NCBI RefSeq assembly: GCF_036321535.1
Contig: NC_087437.1
Span: 82,958,001 to 83,022,000 of the forward strand
Length of the DNA stretch: 64,000 nt
Direction of reading: 5' to 3'
Source: Camelus dromedarius
Lineage: Eukaryota
Every line of letters starts with the position of its first letter. Within the stretch, counting starts at the first letter, position 1. The translations under genes were made by a program, and so were the position numbers. Below are positions 51,671 through 64,000 of the stretch, piece by piece. Below the pieces are notes generated by a model. That model saw only the letters and a program-made list of their open reading frames with translations. It did no database searches and was not told the DNA's origin.

Positions 51671-52689
51671 ACCAGAGGAAAAGATGCAAAAAAAAGTCAA
51701 TCCTAGCCAGCCATGGGGTGTCCCGTGAACATACCCCAGAATGTTTAGCACTCTCCCTTGTGTTCTCTCTGACTGTGATTTGAGAAGGCTGATATACTTC
51801 CTGAATAGAGAACATCAACAGAGTAGGTGCATTACCTTTAATTTTTTTTTTTTTCCCAAAATGTACTTAGGTCCTATGGAGAGTCTAAGACTGACTAAAA
51901 TACATTTTTTGCCTATAAGGGACATATCCTCCACCCCATAAGGCCTCAACACATGTAACTGATCTTAAGAGAGGATATGATGGGGGTTCTGACGTGTCAA
52001 ATGCATATTTAGATGAAGGAATTAGGGCAGAGTTCATTGATCAGCTGGCATTTGAAATTGGCCTTGGAAGGCAGGTAAGAAGGTATTGACATGGAAATGG
52101 AAGAGGGGCGTTTCTCCTGGCGAACAGGCACACCAGGCTGTAGGGACAAGACAGAAGACTGGTTTCTCCAAACTGCAGTGAGACTGCTCCATCTGGGAAC
52201 CTTTTGGTTTTTTCTTTCAAACTGTTTCCCAAAAGTCTCCACCTGCCCCCCAACATACACCTCCTTATGACTCCTTTGAGGGTAGAGATTGTGTTACTTA
52301 TTTTGGTATCCGCATAGCCCATAATGGAGTGTTCTGTAAATAACAGGTACTGAATCAACATTTGTTAAATAAAAATATTTTTCACGTGGAGAGCAGTGTG
52401 TAAGATTTCTCACAGTCTGATGGGTTCTTAGTTTGAGCCTAAGCCATGGCAGGTTGAACTGAAAGAAAAGTTGCAGGTCACTGAAAGTCTATCTCTGTGA
52501 GGAGAGAGGGAGCTCCTGAGGGAGAGCTCATCCCTCAAGAAGGAGCCATACATTTGAAGTGTGGCCCAGTCACAAAGACAAGGTCTTCAAAGAGAAGAAA
52601 GCATTATAAAAAGTCATTTTTGTTTCCTGACCCAACACTACTCTTGTCCCCAGTTGAATTCATGCCTTAGTCCCAGGGAGGCACTTTGA

Positions 52690-52832
52690 GTATGTGTTTC
52701 TCAAACTGTAATTTGTATATGAATCATCTGGGGCTCTTGTTAGAATGCAGATGCTGATACACAGGGCCTGAGAGTCTGCATTTCTCACAGTTCTGCTGTA
52801 TGATGCTGGTCCATGGACCACATTTTGGGTAG
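52690..52832. mobile_element. MER5A-like element upstream of the FTDC-like gene
   Basis: tttctcaaact...atgaatcatctgggg.tcttgtta.aatgcagat...ggtccatggaccaca.tttg.gtag. Confidence 0.7.
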
Positions 52833-55539
52833 TAAGGGTCCCAAGACATGGGACACAAGTGGCAGTGCTGGGGAACCCTCTAGCGGGAGAGGAGAAGGGG
52901 GTTCTTTGCTGCTACTCCACACACCACTGCACTGCTTTGGCATTTCCAGGACTTCCATGGCAGCATCCTAGAGGAGGCAGCAGTGCCAGGGAACTCAGCA
53001 ACATCTAGCCCTTGTAGGTTAGAGCAGGAGAAGAGGAAAGAAGATGGTAGTTGACTAGACAGTTAACTGGGTTTACTCATAGTATGTGTAAAACACTATC
53101 TGAACTCCCAAAAGAATTTGGGGGAACTTTGCTGGAGATTAGGGTCCTATGTGAGTGGGTGGGGACAAGTGCCAATAAAATCTGGATTATTACTGTTAAT
53201 ATGACCCTGTCTACAAGGTGGTAAATCTAGAAGATAAAGATTTTACTTATTGGGAGATGATATGAGAGTTTAGATATTTCTGGATAAATTGTAAGATCTT
53301 TCATGTAAATATTCCATGATTCTACCATTTCATCTGGGTTGAAGTACAGAATTGGATACACATGAAGAAAATATTCCTGTTCTTGTGGGTTAAATATTAT
53401 TAAAAATGTTGCTATCTAGTCACTTAAAAAAAGAGAGAGGAAAGAAACACACCATTAACGTCACTAACATTTGAGTTAGTGAGATAGACTTATAGGTAAT
53501 TTTTTTCTTTTATCTATTTTCCATATTTTTCAAACTCTTATAATCATATATGTATTTTTTCATTTTGGAAAAGAAACCTAACAGATAACTTTCTAGAGAA
53601 TTAGCATAATGTCTTTTCCTAATAGAAGCTCCACATACATATTTATGAACATATATTTTCTAATTAAAAAGGTAATGCATGATCATTACCAAAAAGTATT
53701 CCAAAATTACAGAAAAATATAATGTAGAACATGAAAGCCCATAGGTAACACTGACTCTTCAATGTATATTTTAAAATCTAATTTGATCCATTATACAATT
53801 ATTACATTTTGTTAACCTGATGAATTAACTTTTGAATTACTGGATACGATTAGATTGGTCCATGCACTCTCTTGCATGGAATATGCTGAAAACACAAAAA
53901 CACTTAAGAAAAAATTATACAGCTCTTCTCAAAAAATTTTTGAATTAATCCAAACTTTCTATCCTTACAGTGTTACTTTATCTTATCAAGCCTCTAATAA
54001 TTAAGGAAGAAACAAGGGGCTCTCTTGTAAACTTAATTCTAACCAAGAAATTCTTTAAATGTAAAATATCTTTAGTAGAGCATTTATTATTATCTTTATT
54101 GTGTTCGGTGTGCATGTTTCCACTATTAGTTTACAGGCTTCATGAGGAAAGGGCCTAAATCTTAGTCATCTTTGTGTATCTCCCAGAGCATTTAATATAG
54201 TGCCCATAGAAAGCACTCAATATATTATTTTTACAACTATTTCAAAGTAAAAATGAACCTAAAAGTTTAAAGTTGTTGGTTGTCAAGGAAGAAACAATGG
54301 GCAGAGCCAGATGAATACTTTTTTACTTTGGAAAGCCGATTTCAAAAGTTCCCAAAAATCATGAGGGAGCAAGAAAGCAGGGAATTCCCTGAATCTTTAA
54401 AATGCATCTTTAAAAGAAAAGGTGTCATATAACATGATCCTGGCATTGAGTGGGTCCTGAAAACATGTTTATGGATGAAAAAGTGAGAAGTCATTTATCA
54501 AGATAGCTCAATGGTAAACCCTATAAGCCAAGCTGTTAAGAGTGATTTTGATGAAAAAGAGAGAGATGGCATCTACAGAAGTCCATGCACCAGCACACAT
54601 ATCCTACAGCCTCTACTTCCAGACTTAGCATGGCTAGCACATCCTCCAGACATGTTTTCTGACTTTCACAGTCTGGGTTTGGTATCCCTACCTTTGCGCT
54701 CCTTGGCCATAGTAATTCTTTCCACACCTTTGTAACGCTTGCTTACCTGTGTAAATTCTGTACTAGTTCATGAGCTCCTTAAAGGCATTTGCTGGGTCAT
54801 GACTCAGTATTGGCATCATCTAGCACCGACAAGGACATAGAAGGTCGTCAATAGATATCCATTTACTATGAATGAATGAATGAATAAATGGTCAAGCATT
54901 TAAAGGGCAAAGATGGAAGACAAATACACGGTGGGGGGGTAGTGATTGGAAATATAAAAGAAATATCAGGAAATATAAACTTTCATGTATGTTGAGGTTA
55001 TGCATACTTTTCTTCTTATTCTTAATTCTTATTTTTTGTTGAAGTTCAGTTGATTTATAATGTTAGTTTCAGGTGTACAGCAAAGTGATTCAGTTATACA
55101 TTGCATATACGTATTTTTAAAGCTAATACCAACAAAAAAAATCTCTTGAGAAGAGAAGAACCTGGTAGGGTTAGGAGATGCAGAAGTTCTTGACTGAAAA
55201 AAGTAAGGTAAGTAAGGTAGGGAAAGAGAGACATCAATGGGACAAAAAAATGCAATGTTAGACAAGGACAGAGAAAGCAGAGCAACTAAAGTGGTAAATC
55301 AAAGAGAAACATATGTAAACAAGCCAAATCTCAAATATTAATAGAGAAATACAAGTAATAGGGCAGTAGGAAGTAGAGGGAAGCCCCCAAAGAGTAGTAG
55401 GTAATAAAAGAGTCCTAGGTAATTTACATCAGGTACACATCCAGATTTAGGTGAACTTTATACTTTGGTTGGAATAATGACATCTACAAGTGACTTAGGA
55501 AGTGCTACTGGTAATTTAAAGAATTTGGAGAGAAATGCC

Positions 55540-56030
55540 AAAATACAACTAAAGACTTTTATATCTTGGTAGAAAAGATGCAGAAATTTGCACTAGATGA
55601 TAGTACATAATAGTTATGCCAATTGGCATCTGAAAATCAAAGCTGGCCATCTATCAGATTAGGAACAATTTAGCACAAGGCTCTGGTGACATATTACAAG
55701 GCATTACACTCTACCTTCTCTTCTTTTTCATTTATCTTTCTTAAGTCAACAATTTAGATGAATAGAGATTTACACTATAATCAAATTTACAAGTGTCACA
55801 AATCCGAAAATAGTAATTAGCATGCATAATGATAGACGAAGGTTAAATCAAATTGGTGGAAGCTAATATGATGAAATGTAGCTAACGATGAATGTAAAAT
55901 CCTGTATTTCAGTTCAGTAAATCAGTAACCCGTTAATGGAGGGAGAGAGATCTTATTGAACAGTACTTATGTGAAAAAAGACTTAGATTTTTAATTGGTT
56001 AAATGTTCAACATGACCAAAGAGTTGACAG
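55540..56030 (+). mobile_element. L3/CR1 LINE fragment
   Basis: gatgaatgtaaaatcctgtattt...aacagt...atgtgaaaaaagacttag...aacatga motifs typical of L3. Confidence 0.55.
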
Positions 56031-56061
56031 AAAAATAAATGCAATTCACTTTTTCCCTCTC

Positions 56062-56800
56062 AGGCAGATAAAGGCCAGTGCTAAGGAATGATGGATCTAT
56101 GCAATCTCGGAGGCCACTGTGTACAGACAAGAGATGGGGAGCTTTAGCTGTTGGCCTCATTCCTCACAGTCTCCTCCTGCTTGGCCTGGAGTCACTCTTC
56201 TGGGTGTTAATGTGCATCCTTGATCTTAGACCTGCAGGTCTCAGTCACATCAGCCAGCAGCTGTTTGCTGGGCTGGTCTGTTTTCAGCTTGTGGGTGTGT
56301 TCCATGAGAATCTGCTTGTCGAGGGGAGGGCATAGCTCAGTGGTAGAGTGCATGCTTAGCATGCATGAGGTCCTGGATTCAGTCCCCAGTACCTCCATTT
56401 AAAAAAAAAAATAAAAGAAGAATCTGCCTGTTTTCAGATATGTTCCCCTTCACCTTCAGGTACAGGGTGTGGTACATGTCGAGGCCAATCTTAGATTCAC
56501 TGTATCTTCTGAACACCAACACAGAATTTTCATCTAGGTTACTGTCTCAGGCATTTGAGCTTTGATAGTGCCTTTTGCATGCCTGTGTCCCTGTGCCTGC
56601 TTTTAAGACAGGCTAAGTTGTTTTTCCAGCATTGAGCCCAGGAATGGACAGTCACAGGCTTCCAAATGACCAACTCATCTTAGATCAGCTTCCAGATCCA
56701 CTGCTGGTGATTTCATTGATCTCATTTGGGTCCGACCAGGTTTTCTTTTTGCTATATAGTGAAGGATGGTGGAGGTGAGCCTCTTCCGAAGCCTCAAGGC
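56062..56800 (-). pseudogene. RPL19: Processed pseudogene of 60S ribosomal protein L19, interrupted by a SINE
   Basis: Minus strand gives LRLRKRL, DPNE, KPVTVHS, MYHTLYLKVKGN, ILMEHTHKLK, LLAD and LQAKQEE plus an RPL19-like 3' UTR; intronless with stops and frameshifts. Confidence 0.92.
56321..56418 (+). mobile_element. tRNA-Ala(AGC)-derived SINE (camelid Vic-1-like)
   Basis: GGGGAGGGCATAGCTCAGTGGTAGAG...GCTTAGCATGC...CCCCAGTACCTCCA, A tail, and 14-bp TSD agaatctgc(t/c)tgt(c/t) at 56307-56320 and 56419-56432. Confidence 0.9.
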
Positions 56801-59569
56801 TGCAATTCAGTTTTCAATAATTCTTTTTAGTGACCAGACCACAGGAGATAACTAGTCCTATTGTAACTCTGCAGTGAGTCTTGTTTGCAGGGTCCACCCA
56901 TCCAACACACACTTACCTAGCACTTCCCGAAGTACCTGATAAGTGCTACATAGTAACAAAGGTAAACAAAAACTTGAGCTTTTTGTCTAACATTTTATCA
57001 TATGTATTTAATTCTGGAGCCACATTTTTGAGATATTGATAAACTGTAGCATAACTGAAAGAGAGGTTTATTTATTTCAGTATTTTTGTTGTGAAGTAAT
57101 AGGATTTAGAAATGCTTAAATGTTGATGAAACGAGTGGGTAAAAATTCTTTACAACAACCCCGCAAAGCAGATGTTATTATTCCTTCTTAGGAAGGTGAA
57201 AAATACGATCTAAGAGAGGTCAAGTCACCCACCAATGGTCATACAGCTAATTAGTGGCCAAGTCTGAATTTGAACTCATCTCTGTTTGACTCCAAAAATC
57301 CAGGCTTTTTCCAATGTGCCAATAATCCCATTGTATTCAAATAAATGGTTTCTTTTCCTGATTTATTTATGTAAGAATATGAAAAAACCTATAAGGATAT
57401 AAATAGTTAAAATACATTTAGTTATACTTATGGACTCTGTTATATCAAAAAAGGGAAAATACAGTAAACAAAATATAAAATTTGATAAATAACAATTGAT
57501 TCTGTGTATATTTGAAATTTGTTCTTTGGTTCTTCAGATACGGAACTTTGTAAGTAATAAAGTTCCAGTCTGTAGGGTCTAATTGTTCCCTATAGGCTGG
57601 AACTTTATTATATATAATTCTAGTAAGAGTATGTGTAATTATAGCTTTCAAAATAAATATGGGTTTTGTGACTGAATAAAAAAAATCACTATATATGAAC
57701 TAGGAAAATATAAATCATTTAATAGGCTTAAGGAAATAGCAATAAGTAGGCATTGTGATTTGATATGATAATGGATAGATACACAAACATATTTCACAGA
57801 AAATTAACTGCACAAAGAGTAGGAATACATTGGTATTTTAGACTGCATAGTTTCTCTGGAGACATTATCACAAGTGCCAAGATCGTGTATCTAAAGTCAC
57901 TATAACAGCCACTTCCATACCTTCAATTGACAAATATTGATCTGTGGTTTACTTAAATGCATGTTTCATTGAAAAAACATAAACACTACTTTTGAATATT
58001 TCTCTTGCCTACTGAAAACAACCTGGCCATCGTCCAACAGAAGGGAAATCGTGATCTCTCAGAAAAGACTGTAGTATCTTTATTACACGAAATTAGGCTG
58101 TAATCATTTTTTTAAAACTGAGAGCAGACCATCACATGAACTTTTCTACATTGGTTTCAGAAACACACACAAACACACACCACCACCACAACCAACAGCA
58201 ACAAAAAACTTCTACACCATGATCTGTAGTCTGGACAATTCTTGATCAGCATCCTGAAGTGCTAGGGCTCCTGGACTGCTGGGGAAATGCTCAGTATTTA
58301 GCATGAAGCCTTGGCTGTTTCTTAGAGGAACATGTGTTTGGTTTTGATTTCAGCTTAACGTGCTTTAGTGGCTGGAAACATGACTACTGAACTAGCAGCC
58401 AACACGAACGTGCCTTTCCGCCAGGAGATGGCTATGCAGCGATTAGGCTCAGGCGTTGGGAGAAGGGTTATGAAAGTGGGTTTCTGTAATCTGTGACATT
58501 CAAGGACTAAAATGTTGGCTGGCAATGATGGGAATATGATTTTAACCTTGTGGGGAAGAAAAGTATTTTAAAACATTCTTTAGGCCTTTAGTTTCTCCCA
58601 TCCCCCTTTCCTCCAAAAAAATCTAGATTGATAGATAATATTTTTAAATTAGTTTTATTTTTTAACATTTAAAAAAATACTTATTTTTAAAATTAAAAAA
58701 AAATGTATTAGGTTTTATTTTCCTATATTTTTATTATCTTCATTCTTACAGCCTGGACCTGAATAAAAGATTTTAAATGAGTAACATTATTAGCTGTACC
58801 ATGCTAACAGAACGTAGGCTTTCCCAAAGGCAGCATGGGTTTGAGTCCTGTCTTTGCCACTTTATACAAATAAGAGGTGTTTTCTAGGCACTGGGAATGT
58901 AGCAGTCGGCAAAACAGACAACAATCCCTGCCATCACAAACCATACCTAGTAGCTTTAGGACATTAACTGCACTGTAATTTAGTGTCCTCCTCAATGGGG
59001 GTTATAAAGGTACATACTTTTGGGGCATGTTTTACGTGTTAGCTGAGTTGATTCACATAAAATGTTTAGAACAGAGTTTAGCACATAAAAAGCATTTAAT
59101 AAATATTAGCTATTACATTTAAGACCTTTGTTGTTACTGTTGTTAACGTGTCTTATTGTGAAGCATAACACACAGGACGATCACCAGAAGCTCCTGTTAC
59201 CCAAGTCTTTTTCTCAGGCTTTGCTTTTCAGGGGAAACCAAATTTTGACACAGCCCTTCACTGACGATACACGTTCCACATATCTTCTCCCACTCTCTGG
59301 CTTGCATTTCATTCTTTTAACAGACTCTTTTGATGACAAGAAGTTCTTAATTTTAATCTAGATCAGTTTCTCAATCTTAAGTGTGTTTTGTGTACTGGTC
59401 ATGAAATCCTTCACTACCCCAATATCACAAGGCTGTTCTTCTATATTTCCTTCCAAAAACTTTTTTTTAAAACTCTTATATGTAGAGTTATAGCCTATCT
59501 GGAATTGATTTCGTGTATGGCGAGTGGTAAAGAAAAGTTTCTGATTTTTACGTCAGGTAACTAGTTGAT

Positions 59570-60093
59570 GGTGGTGGACAGAATGATGGCCCGGCAACCA
59601 CGCCCAAGTCCTAACCCCTGAAACCTGAGAATATGTTACCTTCCAAGGCAAAAGAGACTTTGCAGATGTGACTCTGAGGTGAGGAGATTATCCTGGATTT
59701 TCTGAGTGGGCCCAGCCTCACCAAATGGATCCCTAAAATAGAATCTTTCCAGGCTGTGGTCAAAGCGAGACTTTTAATTAGGGAAGAAGAGTCAGAGCGA
59801 TGCAACATTGCTGGCTTTCAAGATGAGGAAGGAGCCATGGGCCAGTGTTGAGTGGGGAACATGAGTGGCCTCACGAATCTGGCTAGGGCAAAGAGACAGA
59901 TTCTTTCTGAGAGCCTCCAGAAAAAAGCATGGTCCTGCCAATTCTTTGATCTTATCCCAGTGAGGCCTGCCCGTGTTGAACTGTTGACCAAAAAAAAAAC
60001 CAAAACAAAAAAAACTGTAAGATAATAAATTTGTATTGTTTTAAGCTGCTGAGTTTGTGGTTATTTGTTACGACAGCTACAGAAAATGAATAC
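59570..60093 (+). mobile_element. MLT1D/E-like LTR inserted in an old L1
   Basis: gaatatgttacct...ggcaaaagagactttgcagatgtga...gattatcctggatt...aataaatttgtattgttttaagc...tgaataca. Confidence 0.78.
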
Positions 60094-60919
60094 ATTGACC
60101 CAGCACTGTTTACTGAAAAGGCCATTTTTTACCCACTTTTCTGCAGCTCCACTTTTGTCATAATTATGTGTCCACCTAGTCATTATCTGTTTCTGCATTT
60201 TCTATTCTGTTCCAGGGGTCTTTGGGTCCATTTTTTTGTGCCAGTACTGCACTCCTTTAACTTTCATAACTTTTTAATGTTTTAAAATAACTTAATAATT
60301 CTGTTTAAATAATTGTCAGTAGAACACATTTTCCCGAGATGTTCTTTAACAGTGAGCTGGCTTTCCTTACCTCTTTACATTTCAATATGAATTACATAAC
60401 CACCGTGTCAATTTCAACTGTAACAAAAACTTATTGGGATCTCCCTTTCTTGCCATCTTCAGATTGATTTCATTATTATTATTATTCCTATTCCATTTAA
60501 TGCTCTATTAGTTGGGCAGTTAAACTTTCAAAAAATATTTTAATGTTTATCTTAGAGATTAACATCAGCAACAAAGTCTAATATTATTTGTTGCATTTGT
60601 ATACTTGTTATACATTTTGTATTTGTTACATATCTTCTTAAAAATACAAGTACATTAAAACACTCTAAATTCATATACTGCCCTTTAAAACCCACCTACC
60701 TGCTATTGTTTCATACATTTTAATTCTATATATTATCCATAGATATTACAATTATCTTACAGGGTCAATATTCTTTTATATTTATCTGTACATTTATTCT
60801 TTTCAATGTTTTTCACTCCTTCCTGCGTGTCCAGGTTTTCATATAGAAAACATCTTTTTTTCTACATGAAGAATACATTTCAGTTTTCATTTGTTTGAAA
60901 ATGTCTTTATTTTGCTTCA

Positions 60920-61500
60920 GTGCACTCTAAAGTGATCTCTGGTGAGTCTTTCCCTTGTATAAAGCCATTTCCTTGAGTACAAATAGAACCTATGTCTTGC
61001 TTCTAACCAACAGAATATGGAAAAGTTGACAGGATGCCACTTTTTTGGTTAGAGTCTGTTATATGGCAAAAGGTGAAGAATTTTGCAAAGGTAATTAAAG
61101 TCCCTAATCAACTGACTTTAAGTTCATTAAAAGGAAGATTGTTCTGGCTGGCTCTGACCTAATCACATAAGCCACTTAAAAAAAGAGTCCAGAGGTCAGA
61201 GACTTGAAGCAGCAGACTCTCTGTAGCTAACTATGAAGAAGCAAGCTGTCATGGTGTCTCCAGTTGGTAGAAAATTAATTCTGCCAAAACCCTGAGGGAA
61301 ATTAGAAGGCGATCCTTCCCTAGATGAGCCTTCAAATGAGAATACAGGCTGGGAAAAACTTGATTTCAGCCCTGTGGGGACCTTGATCTGAGCATCCAGT
61401 TAAGCTGTGCATAGACTTCTGACATACAGCAATTGAAAATGGTATTGTTTGAAGCCATTAAGTTTGTGGTAATTTGTTACACAGCAATAGAAAATCATTC
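60920..61500 (+). mobile_element. MLT1 (F/G-like) LTR
   Basis: cttgcttctaaccaa.agaatatgg...gaagccattaagtttgtggtaatttgttacacagcaatagaaaa. Confidence 0.72.
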
Positions 61501-62115
61501 ACTCTCCTTTCTTGAAGGGTATTTTGCTCGATGTAGAATTCTAGATTGGCAGTATTTGTTTTTCAGAAGGCTACAGATCATTTCAGTGTGCTCTGGATGT
61601 CATTATTTGTATTACTAAGTCAGCTTCTGGTTGAATTGTTGCCCTTTTGGAGGTAATCTCACTTTTATTTGTTGTTTTTAATATTTTCTCTTTCATTTTC
61701 ATCAATTTACTATTATGTGGTTAGATTAAAAAAATTTTTTTACCCTGCATGGGATTCATAAGGCTTTTGAATTCTTCTTATGTGAATTTAAATTTGTCTA
61801 AAGAATGTCTAGAACTACTAGCAATGAGAGATCACTTTGGTATAATACCAGGGATTGAGATATTATAAAACTAGGCTCTCTTAATCTCCATACTCTTATG
61901 GTTTAGCCTTTTATGAACCCAAAGTACTGGAGTATTTTCCAGGACCACTCCCCCATCCTTTGGTTGGCCCTGTTATTTAGCTTTTGTCCTCCATCCAAAT
62001 GACGGTATCAAAAACTCTGCTCAACTTATTTTTCTCTTCCACAGTTGGCAGATTCCCTTATAACAAAAGTAACTAAATTGCCAGGTTCATCTATGGTTCC
62101 ATTTTTATGGGTTGT

Positions 62116-62186
62116 TTTTTCTTTTCTTTTCTTTTCTTTTCTTTTCTTTTCTTTTCTTTTCTTTTCTTTTCTTTTTCTTTTCTTTT
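62116..62186. repeat. (TTTTC)n pentanucleotide repeat
   Basis: Directly visible. Confidence 0.95.
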
Positions 62187-62521
62187 AAGAGTAGAGTCTC
62201 TGTTTCCTATAATCCTCTAGCTTTACCAAAAGCAAACCCACTGGCCTTCCAAGCCAACTGTTCTGGGGGCTCATCCTGCAAGATCTGTTCTGCAAATCCC
62301 CTAGGCTAGGGATCCCCAGGTGGGGCTCAGACTCCTAGCTCCTTGCGGAAAACCTCTGCAATTGTGATTATCTTTCCATTCGTGAGCTGCCTACCCAGGG
62401 GTGTGGGTCTGGAGACTATCACTTCTCTGCCCCTCTTACCCGTCTCGATGTAGAAGATCCTTTCTGCTAGTCTTCAGGTCATTCTCATCAGTAGTTGCTC
62501 TGTAGATAGTTGTAATTTTGA
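62187..62521 (-). mobile_element. Isolated L1 5'-UTR fragment
   Basis: Colinear with 22100-22445 of the full-length L1 (tctcatca.tagttgctctgta.atagttgtaattttg). Confidence 0.8.
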
Positions 62522-64000
62522 ATTTTTCTGATTTTCTCAAAGTCTAAAACATTTGATTATGACTTTAGGTTAAATTTTCTTCTTGGTAAGCTTTAGGGAG
62601 AATCAATGAGCTTTTAAGAAGAGTTTTTTTTAGGAATCTCCATGTTAATTTATGTTAATAATATTACCATAAATATGATAATCCTATTCTCTGAACCTCA
62701 AATTTGGACACATTATCTGATAACTCAGAATGTATTTATGGGATTGTTCTGGAAAATCCAGGAACGTGGTCACAGTAACCATTAATGTCATGACACTCTA
62801 AATCAGTTCATGGTTACACACTAGGTGTGCTATTACTTCCCCCACACATTTCCATTTATGACAGTCTTCACTGCTGAGGGTGATCTGGCCTTACAACCAA
62901 TTAGTTGGAGATGACCCTCAACCACAAGAAAACTCTTTGCCATCTGGGTTAGGTATAGTTTGTGTGACCTCTTCATCAGTTGGCACCATGTAGAAATGAT
63001 TAAGCCAGTTGGCCAGTGGGACAAAAAATTTATTTGAAATATGACAAGAACTTGTAAAGATTACTCAAACTTACTCTCTGCTACTCTTTTTTAAATTCAC
63101 ATAGAAGAATAGTAGACATCCAGAAGAAACTTAAGCTGAATCGCTAGTGAATCTGCACGTCGGCAGTTTTCATCTCTTCTTACATTTGACCATGGTCCTC
63201 ATCCTCAAAGGATATTTATCTTCTAAGAGGGAAAAAGTAAACTAGTAACTGTTATGCTAAGTATAATGTGAAAAAAATTCTGTGAGAATGGTTAGGGTGT
63301 TCAGAAAAGGGAGTAGGTCCTTCCTAGCTGTGATGACCAGGAAAGGCCATATTGCTGGGGGTTTTGTTGTTGTTGTTTGTTTAATGTAGGTTCAGTTATT
63401 CTAACCTTTGATTCCCTCTTTTGAATTAATCAAAAATTTCAGTATTCTATCTTAATTCCTGCATCTTTAGCTGTACCTCTTTGGCTTTTTTACGTGATAG
63501 TCTAGTAATTACATTATCCATTCTGTAATTATTACAGTCTATTTAGAGATAATATTGCAATGCTTTATATGTAAAGTTAAGAACATTAAAATAACATAAC
63601 CCCATATAACCCCTCCCTTATTCTTTCTGCTACTGTTGTCAAATACATACATATATATATATATATAAAACATATAGTATGTTAAAAAACAATAGAACAA
63701 GGTTATTTGTTTGTTTGTTTGTTTGTTTATTTTACGGGTCTATGACTGACTTTATTATAAGATTAGATGATAAGAAAATATTAAGGCTTTTCAGGCCAGA
63801 AAGAAATGCTTACTGTGAAGTAAAAAAAATTTTTACCTTCACAAAGAATACATAAATCAGAAAAAACAGGAATACCATATGATTCTTTAAAGTTATTTTT
63901 CTTTAAGCAGTTACATTTTTAATTAATGAAAGAAAGAGTAGTCTTTGATAGTCTAATAGTGATTAATTCTTTCAGCTTGTTTTCATCTGAAAATGTCTTT

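Noticed and set aside
52009..52361. ORFs upstream of FTDC as extra coding exons
   Set aside because: They overlap L2-like sequence, show no ferritin similarity, and exon 1 already has its own ATG.
56323..56397. tRNA-Ala(AGC) gene
   Set aside because: It has an A tail, a TSD, stem mismatches and two further dispersed copies, so it is a tRNA-derived SINE.
1..64000. CRISPR array, operon or prokaryotic defence system
   Set aside because: The sequence is mammalian; the only regular repeats are microsatellites and transposon copies.

Overview
AT-rich, repeat-dense placental-mammal genomic DNA. The tRNA-Ala(AGC)-derived SINEs, with no ruminant Bov-type SINEs recognised, suggest a camelid. Most of the window is decayed transposons: L1, L2, L3/CR1, MIR, MLT1/MLT2-ERVL and MER5/MER20/Charlie. 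I found one intact spliced protein-coding gene, which the ORF track shows only as its last exon. It is a 4-exon minus-strand ferritin-fold gene (CDS 51482-51381, 50712-50569, 49594-49469, 48551-48336; 195 aa) with the intron positions of FTH1/FTL, best matching the ferritin-domain-containing FTDC1/FTDC2 family. The protein has lost ferroxidase-site glutamates, has a charge-reversed three-fold channel and has a low-complexity tail in place of helix E. No IRE is visible upstream, and the putative promoter has a TATA-like box and two CAGCTG E-boxes. There are two processed ribosomal-protein pseudogenes (RPL12 on +, RPL19 on -), a full-length dead L1 with target-site duplications, and several insertion/repair scars. 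Repeat family names were recognised by eye and their boundaries are approximate.
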